The notes below the pieces were generated by a model, which was not told the origin of the DNA, searched no databases, and saw nothing but the letters and a program-made list of their open reading frames with translations. Below are positions 55,941 to 64,000 of a stretch of DNA of 64,000 nucleotides, piece by piece. Positions within the stretch are counted from its first letter, which is position 1. Each line of letters opens with the position of its first letter. Origin of the DNA: a virus; IMG/VR virus record IMGVR_UViG_3300027804_003127, one strand, 5' to 3'. The translations under genes and the position numbers were made by a program.

Positions 55941-56807
55941 ATGAACTGGTATAAATGTGCACAAAATTCTCTTATAGGTAGCGATTTGTCCAGTCGCAGC
56001 AGCTCATGGCTTAATTACATCGCTATAAGAGAAAAAAAGAATAGTTTAAAACCTGAAGATCCAAATTTAGACAAAAAATGGACTGAGACTATAAGGTCAA
56101 TCCCTGGATATGATTCAAGAAAATCTTCTAGTAGTTGGGCTTATTTTGATCCAAATCCTGCACTTAGAAAAGACTCTAGTAAAAAAAGCAATTTATACTT
56201 AAAAGGTATAGATTGGAAAATGTACTTTACGATTGACGCAAAAGACGGCAGTGAAGAAAGCATGAATAAAATACTTGAAGCATTCAAGAGCTTGCCTCAA
56301 ACTATGGCGGCAAATTTTGATAAATACAATTTCTCTTTATTATATAAAATACCCAGTCAATGGAGCAAATTTTTAAATGAAAATGACACTATCGTAATTT
56401 ATCATCCCTTCGAACCTCAAAGTCCATGGACATCATATATATCTAATTTAATTAGGGCGTGGATCGGACATCATGGACTACAGGAAGGGAAAAGGTCATA
56501 TCATGAAGGATTTGATTGGTTTGAAAACACTGAAGCAACTGACAGGTCAAAAAACGAAAAAGTATTGATAAATCATGATAAAACCAAAGAAAAATTAAAT
56601 TGGCTAAAACCAGACACGTCTCTTGGAAAAGACAACGGAGGAAGCTACGGTCAATCCTTAGCGCAACTTATGTCAATAATATCTAAAGATCCACAAAATC
56701 CCAAATGGCAAGGTTTGATAGTCAATGGTCAAATAAGTATTAAGGCAGTTTCTGACTGGCTCATGAACCATGCAAAGGAAGCTGCTGAAGAAATACGTAA
56801 AAGCTAA
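55941..56807 (+). CDS. MNWYKCAQ-tag protein
   Basis: N-terminal tag. Confidence 0.75.
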   Translation: MNWYKCAQNSLIGSDLSSRSSSWLNYIAIREKKNSLKPEDPNLDKKWTETIRSIPGYDSRKSSSSWAYFDPNPALRKDSSKKSNLYLKGIDWKMYFTIDAKDGSEESMNKILEAFKSLPQTMAANFDKYNFSLLYKIPSQWSKFLNENDTIVIYHPFEPQSPWTSYISNLIRAWIGHHGLQEGKRSYHEGFDWFENTEATDRSKNEKVLINHDKTKEKLNWLKPDTSLGKDNGGSYGQSLAQLMSIISKDPQNPKWQGLIVNGQISIKAVSDWLMNHAKEAAEEIRKS

Positions 56808-56837
56808 AAGATAGATTATATTTATATTAACTTAAAT

Positions 56838-58166
56838 ATGGAGGATTTTATGAAAAATGCCATGTCTTTGATATTGAGTTTGTTTTTTGCAACTGTGTCT
56901 TTTGCACAGAATGAACCAGCAAAGGTTTCACAGCCAGATGGAACAATTCAACTGGTTCCTGTTCCGCCAGCAACAGTTCTTACTCCATATTTCATTGATC
57001 CTTCAATGACTTATCGAATACTGCTAGAATCACAGTGGTCCAACAAAGATTGGGACGGAAAGAACAAGAATGGAAAAGTTGCCAAGAAAGGCGATACTGT
57101 AGAAGTGCGCATTCTTGCTCAACCAATTTCAAAAACCAAAGTCGTAAACGGCAAGACCGTCAGCATGTGGAGCATATTCCGTGGTGGAGACTTCATTGTG
57201 TCTTGGGATAGTAATATTTTTGAACTGCTTCCTCCAGCAGTCGGTGGATTTGGATACGACACTACTGTTATGAATGCAGCAAAAAGCGGACTAGTTGCAC
57301 CTGAACTATCTGGTGGAGTAAATGAATCAGCATTGCCACAAGACGGAACTTTGTTGTTCCATGCTGAAGCACTACCTGTGCCAGAAAAAAGAATTCCAGC
57401 ACTAAAACCAATGTACTATCAGTGGAATTTTGATGGATACATGTGGGCAAACGCATTTAGGTTGATGGGTACACTTCGTTTCAAGGTAAAGGGTGATTTC
57501 TACTATCCTACTAGTCAATTGACCGACATCAAGATTCTCCCAAGCGTAACTGTAAATGGGATTGAAACAAAAACAAAGATTGATGGTAGTCCAACAATCG
57601 GAACAAATGTTCTGAGTGAAACAAGAAATGGTGTAAACGCAATCAAGTTTGGTGTTGGTGCAGAATACAAAGTTTCTCACACCCTTTCTGCTCCTACAAC
57701 CAAATTCAAAGTTGGTGATATTGTTCCAGTAAAGATTCTAGTAAAGAACGAAACTCTTCCTCAGAGAATTTCTAGCGTATGCACATTATTCTCTTGGGAT
57801 ACAACCAAGTTGGAATTTATGGGATTGAATAAGACAGGAGCAAGAGCAGCGCAGTCAAGTTCCATGTATATGGCTGGCGCAGGCAGTATAAACGAATCAT
57901 CCGTACCAAAAGACGGAAATGCAGCACACAATTGGCTTTCGCTATTGGGTGATCAGACTTTTATTGACAAAGAAAATCTCATAGTCACTCTGAACTTCAA
58001 AGTAGTTTCTGATTTTGATTTCACAACTGTGTCTATGTTGGAACAAAATGATCCATCCTTGGCTGGTCTTTTTGTGATTGATGAGTGTGGTATTCTTGGA
58101 AGCAGCGTGCCTGGAGCATTCGTGACGGGACAAAAGACAAACGCAACAATTTTAGGTCAAAATTAA
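56838..58166 (+). CDS. secreted protein with two cohesin-like beta-sandwich repeats
   Basis: signal peptide; duplicated GD.V.V.I...SWD...NES..P.DG...L.FKV. Confidence 0.6.
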   Translation: MEDFMKNAMSLILSLFFATVSFAQNEPAKVSQPDGTIQLVPVPPATVLTPYFIDPSMTYRILLESQWSNKDWDGKNKNGKVAKKGDTVEVRILAQPISKTKVVNGKTVSMWSIFRGGDFIVSWDSNIFELLPPAVGGFGYDTTVMNAAKSGLVAPELSGGVNESALPQDGTLLFHAEALPVPEKRIPALKPMYYQWNFDGYMWANAFRLMGTLRFKVKGDFYYPTSQLTDIKILPSVTVNGIETKTKIDGSPTIGTNVLSETRNGVNAIKFGVGAEYKVSHTLSAPTTKFKVGDIVPVKILVKNETLPQRISSVCTLFSWDTTKLEFMGLNKTGARAAQSSSMYMAGAGSINESSVPKDGNAAHNWLSLLGDQTFIDKENLIVTLNFKVVSDFDFTTVSMLEQNDPSLAGLFVIDECGILGSSVPGAFVTGQKTNATILGQN

Positions 58167-58167
58167 A

Positions 58168-59562
58168 ATGTTAACTGGAAAAGAACTATTTGATAAAAAA
58201 TTTATTGTTAGATTTAACTTTGATGGAAGCGTTTCAACAAATCAAAATTCAAATGCTCAAGAAAAAAGAAGAGCTGTTGGATTTGATGGTGACAAAAGCA
58301 CTTTTACATGGAAGAGATTCATAACACTAGAGGACAGCTACAATCCCTATCCTGGAGAATTAAACCCTTGGAGTCTTAAAAAATGGTATCAATGGGGCTG
58401 TAGGAGATTTCACTTTCATAATCCATTTGGAAAAGTAGCTGCTGGAAACTCTCAAGAACTTGTATATGAAGTAGATCAGTTTTTGAATGCAAAAAATGGA
58501 TTAACAATTAATGGTGTCGTTCAAAACACACCCATGCCATGGTTAGTAAATGACTTTGTCAGTGTTATCAAGGCATTGACAACTGGGCAGCAGGGCACTC
58601 TAGACAGTCAGACTTGGTTAGACTGGACATCTGGACCTAATGCCTGGTTCAATCCTTCTCAGCCTATAGATTTAATTGTGTATATAGGTGGAATGGCAAA
58701 TCCTGGAAATGACAGTGCTTATAAGATATACGTTGACAAATGGAACTCTCTCTTCACAGTAACACCAATAGTTGCAGCAAGAAGATTAAAAGATGCTGTT
58801 GCTCCTTTGATAGAGGCTAAATGCAGGATAGGTTTTGATGCAGCGGTAGCTAGCCCTGGAGCAGTTCCTGGAGATCATGTGCCACTAACTGTTCAAAACG
58901 AAAGATTGCAAAAAGGATGGTGGACATTTTTCAAATGGGTAACTACAACTATAGGTAAAGATAGAGTATATGTTGAATCTCATCCATTTTATATAAACAA
59001 TAAAGCTAATTCTTATCTGGGATATAATGTAATTGCAGATGACGATTGGTCGTATACTCCAGTTGTCCCTAGTGGCATGCACATGACAAGTGAGATGGGA
59101 GATATAGAGTTTTTGAGAGCTATTTGGCAGAATACAGACATTACGACTCCTCTTATAAGCTCAGAGAAAAACAATCAACTAGTAAAAGAAAGATATTGGT
59201 TTCTGCACAATTCTCATTACGCATTAAAAAATGAAAATACAAAAGAAGTTCGTCTTTCTCCTGCGGATTGCTGCGAAAAAGGACACAACTACTATTGGGC
59301 AACATTATATGATAAAATCATTGCATATCATATGATTGAAAAACAAAACACCAGAAATGAAATCAATGAAAGAAAAAATGTAACTAGTAGCACTATTTTA
59401 GTGCCAAATACACTTTTACAAGTATTGCCATCTTCTTATAATGAAGATCCAAATTGGAAATTGCAATTCGGTAATTTGTATAAGACAAGCGAAGATTTTA
59501 TAAATTATTTAGATAAAGTAATAGATAATCGTAAAACAGTTGAAGACATGATCTATATATAA
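58168..59562 (+). CDS. hypothetical protein
   Basis: 464 aa. Confidence 0.7.
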   Translation: MLTGKELFDKKFIVRFNFDGSVSTNQNSNAQEKRRAVGFDGDKSTFTWKRFITLEDSYNPYPGELNPWSLKKWYQWGCRRFHFHNPFGKVAAGNSQELVYEVDQFLNAKNGLTINGVVQNTPMPWLVNDFVSVIKALTTGQQGTLDSQTWLDWTSGPNAWFNPSQPIDLIVYIGGMANPGNDSAYKIYVDKWNSLFTVTPIVAARRLKDAVAPLIEAKCRIGFDAAVASPGAVPGDHVPLTVQNERLQKGWWTFFKWVTTTIGKDRVYVESHPFYINNKANSYLGYNVIADDDWSYTPVVPSGMHMTSEMGDIEFLRAIWQNTDITTPLISSEKNNQLVKERYWFLHNSHYALKNENTKEVRLSPADCCEKGHNYYWATLYDKIIAYHMIEKQNTRNEINERKNVTSSTILVPNTLLQVLPSSYNEDPNWKLQFGNLYKTSEDFINYLDKVIDNRKTVEDMIYI

Positions 59563-59624
59563 TAATAGATTAATTTATATTCAAAAATGTATTTAATCCA
59601 CTATTATCTATGATTAAGCCAGAT

Positions 59625-60338
59625 TTACTTAATCATAGATAATAGTGATTCTATACACATGCTAATTGTTTCTTCTTTTTCTTCTTTTGAAGACAGCTCT
59701 CTGACTTTACTTAAAGAGTACATTCCCTCTTCTCCTACTATTTCTAGCAATATGTGTTCATAATGAGTCCTATAAGAGCCTCCAAATTCATCATTTATAA
59801 TTTTTTTATTTATTCCTGATGCTTCTTCTATCTTAAGAATTTCTGACCACCAAAAATTAGTTTGTTCTTTGGTTATATTTTTACCATCAATTGTAGATAT
59901 AAGGTTGCATTGTTGTCTTGTGTCTGGGTATAATATTTTTAATTTTTCATATCTTGGCTTAAATTCTTCTTCTGGTATTATGCCATAAACTCTACAATTA
60001 TATGGCCTATTTTCATGAAATGAGCATTTATTATTTTGTGTGTTTAAAATAACGCACGATTTTCTGTGTTCTTCAAACAAATATGCATATAGACTTTTTC
60101 TTATTAAATCTATAAACTGATCTTTATTAATTTTTTTTACTGCGTTTTCCCATAAGTATTTAAATTCAGAATAAAGAAGATGCGGGTGTTGTTGAGAGCA
60201 ACACCATGCTCCACATCCCCCTTCTGATTTGCTTATCCAATCTAGACACCCTTTTGTATTAGTAATAGATTCATATAATTTTCTTATCTTTTCAAAGCAT
60301 TCTTCCCATTTTTTTATATCTTTTGTGGAATTATACAT
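59625..60338 (-). CDS. YkgJ-family Cys-cluster protein
   Basis: C...CGAWCC...C..HENRPYNCRVY. Confidence 0.8.
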   Translation of the reverse strand: MYNSTKDIKKWEECFEKIRKLYESITNTKGCLDWISKSEGGCGAWCCSQQHPHLLYSEFKYLWENAVKKINKDQFIDLIRKSLYAYLFEEHRKSCVILNTQNNKCSFHENRPYNCRVYGIIPEEEFKPRYEKLKILYPDTRQQCNLISTIDGKNITKEQTNFWWSEILKIEEASGINKKIINDEFGGSYRTHYEHILLEIVGEEGMYSLSKVRELSSKEEKEETISMCIESLLSMIK

Positions 60339-60459
60339 GATTATGTATATCGAATATTTTATATCTTATTTTAATATGGTTTTAACCAAAAAGAAATAGC
60401 AATAATGTCAAATTTATTACTAAAAAGGATATATTGAAATATTAACCTATTATAAATAT

Positions 60460-60960
60460 ATGAATTGGTATAAAATAGCTCAAAACGATAGTGTAGAGGA
60501 AATATTTTCTAAATTACAGTTCAGGCCTGTAAAAAAGAAAGCATCGCAATATATTTTTATAAAAGTTAATTCAAAAGAAGACATAGATGCAATGCCTGAA
60601 TATTCCTATGGACAATATAGTGGTCCCAGTACTACTATAACTACAATTGTATCTAGTGGAGAAGAAACTTCTAGAAATATTTCAGATGGAATGATTATCA
60701 TAAGCGGAGTAAACAAGGAAAAATACTTCATGACTCCAGAAAAGTTTAAGAAAAACTATACTGGAGACATAGGTTCTACTGTGGCTCCAGAGCAGTCAGA
60801 GAGATTAGTTGCAAGATATGACGGCAACAAAAACCTAGAATTCATGGCTTCTTACGGAAGTCCAACTAAGCTTATGCCTGGAGATTATTTGGTCAAAGAA
60901 GGCAACGGGTACTACCGAATAGCAAAAGAAGAATTTGAAAAAACGTATGAAACATTTTAA
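60460..60960 (+). CDS. PGDYG-like protein with MNWYKIAQ tag
   Basis: PGDYLV...YRIAKEEFEKTY. Confidence 0.7.
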   Translation: MNWYKIAQNDSVEEIFSKLQFRPVKKKASQYIFIKVNSKEDIDAMPEYSYGQYSGPSTTITTIVSSGEETSRNISDGMIIISGVNKEKYFMTPEKFKKNYTGDIGSTVAPEQSERLVARYDGNKNLEFMASYGSPTKLMPGDYLVKEGNGYYRIAKEEFEKTYETF

Positions 60961-61005
60961 AAGTTATGAGTATAGGATTAATTGAACATTAATTAAGGGA
61001 AATAT

Positions 61006-61407
61006 ATGCAATATAAAATATCGAAATCTGATTGGACAAATATAGGTATTCAAATGGGGTGGGTAAAGCAGTCTCAGGATCTATCTGGAAAAAACCCAGC
61101 AGAATTTAAATTACCGATGTTTCTGAGAGGGGCTAAGCCAAAATATGGGTACTCTGGCTCATTATTTGATATTCAATTTAACTCTGATTGGGACAAGGCT
61201 TCTTTTATATTACATAGCGCAAGTGTAAAGGGCACACCAAGTAAGAGCCATGATGCATATGTTCAATCAATAGAAGCTTTTGGTCTTTCTGAGGCAGAAG
61301 CAGTAGCTCATGGAGCAAAAGTAAAAGAATATGTTAAATCAGTGGCTAGAGAAATGGCTTCAAGAGGTCAAAATAATGGAATAATAAATGTTCCATCTCA
61401 AGGGTAA
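61006..61407 (+). CDS. YKISKSDW-tag protein
   Basis: MQYKISKSDWTNIGIQMGWVKQSQ. Confidence 0.75.
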   Translation: MQYKISKSDWTNIGIQMGWVKQSQDLSGKNPAEFKLPMFLRGAKPKYGYSGSLFDIQFNSDWDKASFILHSASVKGTPSKSHDAYVQSIEAFGLSEAEAVAHGAKVKEYVKSVAREMASRGQNNGIINVPSQG

Positions 61408-61502
61408 AAATAAGAGACAAGCATAGAAGGAAATCCGATATTTAAAAAGTAACTATTATTTGATAGTTGTCAAAAACTTATATAAAAAAGGAGAATTTGA
61501 CT

Positions 61503-61700
61503 ATGATGGAAAATAGAAACACGACAATCGCAGGCATAGGTGCCATACTTGTTGCAGTTGGTGCTGGCCTTAAGGCTTGGTTTGATGGAGATCCAACTAC
61601 AACCGTAGATTTTGCCGCTACGATTGCTGCTGTAATCGCAGGCGTTGGACTCATAATGGCTAAGGATGCCAATAACAACACAAATCCTCCAGCTGCTTAA
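61503..61700 (+). CDS. holin-like two-TM protein
   Basis: NTTIAG...GLIMAKD. Confidence 0.6.
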   Translation: MMENRNTTIAGIGAILVAVGAGLKAWFDGDPTTTVDFAATIAAVIAGVGLIMAKDANNNTNPPAA

Positions 61701-61709
61701 TGAGGTATA

Positions 61710-61979
61710 ATGCTTGAAAAAATTGTTGCACAATTTGCACTTGTTCTCGTTAATTGGCTTGACAAAAGGATTGCAATGTCCAAGACTGCACGTGATGCAG
61801 ACAAGGACGTTGAGCGCTTGCGTCGTGCTGGCTCTAGGATTGATGCCTGGTTGCGGGAACAGAACCGTATTCATACCAGAGGACAGTCCGATGCGGCTGG
61901 GGCCGCAGGCAAAGATGCGAGTATACACCCTACAGCAGGGGGAGTGGATACTGAGCGACAATCAAGTAGCTCTACCTGA
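61710..61979 (+). CDS. putative i-spanin-like protein
   Basis: N-terminal hydrophobic segment; overlaps lipoprotein gene. Confidence 0.4.
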   Translation: MLEKIVAQFALVLVNWLDKRIAMSKTARDADKDVERLRRAGSRIDAWLREQNRIHTRGQSDAAGAAGKDASIHPTAGGVDTERQSSSST

Positions 61980-62049
61980 GGGGTGGTATGTTGTTCCACC
62001 TTCTTATGTAAGTGAGATTGACCCGCTAGGTGGTCCTCCGAAAAAGTAA
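61795..62049 (+). CDS. putative o-spanin-like lipoprotein
   Basis: CVVLALGLMPGC lipobox, Pro-rich, in a shifted frame overlapping the upstream gene. Confidence 0.5.
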   Translation: MQTRTLSACVVLALGLMPGCGNRTVFIPEDSPMRLGPQAKMRVYTLQQGEWILSDNQVALPEGWYVVPPSYVSEIDPLGGPPKK

Positions 62050-62102
62050 AATACAATTTATTTAGTAATATAAGATCAGTTGAAAGACTGATCTTATATT
62101 TT

Positions 62103-62648
62103 ATGTTTTTAGAAATATTAACAACAGCAATAACCATGTTTATTTCAAGCGGCATAGCTGCAACTGCAGTTTCTATATTGACTTTAAGAAAAACAAAGCT
62201 AATAGAAGAATCTATTAAAGTAGTTTATGAAAAAAAGATGGAAGAATTTAGATCAACCAGAGAAAAGAAAGAAGAGATGCTATCTGACCTACTTGGACCT
62301 GTGGTTATGCACTTGCATAGAACATCTAGAGCATTTAATAGATATAAAGATAAGAATGAATTTTTGGAAGCAGAAATATTATACAAAGGAAATTTAGCTG
62401 TTAGAGATATACTTTTAAATAAAGGCTATCTATTAGATCATGTTATGATGAAGCACGCGATTGACTTAATAGAACACTATGATGCATGGATGGAGGAATT
62501 TGAAAGACATAAGTTTGATGTAGTTGAATTTGTTTTCGCTGGACCTAAGGGGTATCCATTCCCAAAAATGGCTGAAATAGCTTTCAAAAATGCTTGCGAA
62601 ACATTAAAAACAGAACTCTATGGAGATGAGCTAAAGGAAAGTTTATAG
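62103..62648 (+). CDS. membrane-anchored hypothetical protein
   Basis: N-terminal TM. Confidence 0.65.
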   Translation: MFLEILTTAITMFISSGIAATAVSILTLRKTKLIEESIKVVYEKKMEEFRSTREKKEEMLSDLLGPVVMHLHRTSRAFNRYKDKNEFLEAEILYKGNLAVRDILLNKGYLLDHVMMKHAIDLIEHYDAWMEEFERHKFDVVEFVFAGPKGYPFPKMAEIAFKNACETLKTELYGDELKESL

Positions 62649-62688
62649 CATAATATGTATATATATTTATACTTTATAAGGAAATTAT

Positions 62689-63534
62689 ATGAATAGAAAA
62701 TTAGCATCATCTTTATCTAGAGTGTGGCAATTTATTGAGGATAAAAACAGGTCATTTGGAATAGTAAGTGCCTTTAGAAACGATCACATTAAGATGGACA
62801 ACAAGAGTCCAACGGAAGATGAAGTAAAAAGTAATAAAAAACAAAACATTATAGCAAGCAAGAAAAAGCATAAAGAATTAAAAGAAAAAATTAGAGACAT
62901 GGGTCTTGGGTATGTAGAACTTGCAGGTGGAACTCAAGAGACTAATCAGCAAGGACAAACAATAAGCGTATTAGAAGATAGTCTTTTTATTCCTAATATA
63001 AGTAGGGATGATTTATTGAATCTTGGTAGAGAATACAATCAAGATAGCGTCATATATAAAAATGGCGATCAATTTGCCATGCTTATAACAAAAGGTCCAA
63101 ATTTTGGCAAATCTGACATGGATTTTGGCAGCTCACAGCAAAGCAAAAACATAACTTTCGATCCTGAATTGATTAAATCTGTCGGATCTTTTTCTGCACT
63201 TAAAAAAGGACCCGATTCTGGAGAAAAGTTTTTGTTTCAACCACCTGTTGACCCACTTGAGGAGCTTATTAAGCAAGTTAAAGATAAAAAAGATGAAGAC
63301 AAAAGTGCTTCTGAAAATACAGTGTTTAAAATGTCAAAATCTGACTGGGAAACAATTGGCCTATCCATGGGGTGGATAAAATTGGCTCAACCTAAAGAAG
63401 AAGATGATAATGAAGAAGCTGATGAAGATTATGATAATGAAGAAGAAACTGAAGAAGATGATGAAGATTCAGATGATGCGTTTTTTGATGATAGAGATGA
63501 AAGAAGAAGAAATTTCCAAAAAGATCATTGGTGA
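62689..63534 (+). CDS. conserved phage protein with internal KMSKSDW..GWIKLAQ motif and acidic tail
   Basis: SLSRVW...SAFR...LG..YNQDSV. Confidence 0.75.
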   Translation: MNRKLASSLSRVWQFIEDKNRSFGIVSAFRNDHIKMDNKSPTEDEVKSNKKQNIIASKKKHKELKEKIRDMGLGYVELAGGTQETNQQGQTISVLEDSLFIPNISRDDLLNLGREYNQDSVIYKNGDQFAMLITKGPNFGKSDMDFGSSQQSKNITFDPELIKSVGSFSALKKGPDSGEKFLFQPPVDPLEELIKQVKDKKDEDKSASENTVFKMSKSDWETIGLSMGWIKLAQPKEEDDNEEADEDYDNEEETEEDDEDSDDAFFDDRDERRRNFQKDHW

Positions 63535-63546
63535 ACATTTTGCGAT

Positions 63547-64000
63547 ATGACTTGGTATAAAAAAGCACAAAATAAAGATTCAGATATCCCTTTAGAAACC
63601 GTTTGTCAAGACGGTTTCTGTTATAGGATAGATAGGGAAAAAATTTCAAATTTTACACGTAATCCATACATTATGACCCCTGAAGGAAGCTCTCAGATTG
63701 CCTCAGAGCACGATAGAGGCACGTCCCTTCCTAAGAGTAAAAAGTTTTTTGAAGGCTTATATGCTGGAGATAATCTAGGTTTAATTGCTGCATATGCTTT
63801 GCCTAAAGGAATACCTTGGGTGCTTGTTTATTTTGATCACACAAAAGAGAACCCATTAAACTTGAGCACAAATAAGCCGACTCTATATGTTGATAAATCG
63901 CATATGGATAAGGATCATCCTCCAGCGTATTTGTCTAAATTTCATAAAAAAGACTTTAAGCCAAGACGCGAGATTACAAATGATCTTTTTGGCGAAGAAA
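63547..64000 (+). CDS. MTWYKKAQ-tag protein, 3'-partial
   Basis: hand-translated, open to the window end. Confidence 0.7.
   Translation, partial: MTWYKKAQNKDSDIPLETVCQDGFCYRIDREKISNFTRNPYIMTPEGSSQIASEHDRGTSLPKSKKFFEGLYAGDNLGLIAAYALPKGIPWVLVYFDHTKENPLNLSTNKPTLYVDKSHMDKDHPPAYLSKFHKKDFKPRREITNDLFGEE

Overview
This looks like part of a large (jumbo/huge) tailed-phage genome using the standard code. Genes are dense and mostly on the + strand. There are eight tRNA genes (two split by HNH-bearing group I introns) and a tmRNA. 1-10.3 kb: small genes, HEAT/LRV-repeat proteins and a candidate origin/partition locus (7x24-bp repeats plus a perfect parS palindrome). 10.3-45.4 kb: an 'early cassette' region with about 41 same-strand copies of a 33-bp motif (CCCGAAWCCCGAAAACKGGARCGNGGTTAGRNY) heading short units. 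These include RadA-like, ClpS, AAA+VWA, UvsE, DUF932 and Csx16-like genes. One unit (26.2-27.8 kb) holds a solitary Cas7/RAMP-like gene followed by a non-coding array of strictly phased G-N-Y-N-N pentamers split by a repeated 30-bp hairpin. This is the best candidate for a CRISPR-independent, RNA-guided system. 45.4-64 kb: an AT-rich region of proteins sharing a W-x-K-x-[AS]-(Q) tag (one is a glucose-6-phosphate dehydrogenase), plus lysis-like genes. All calls were made by eye from motifs; no database searches were run.
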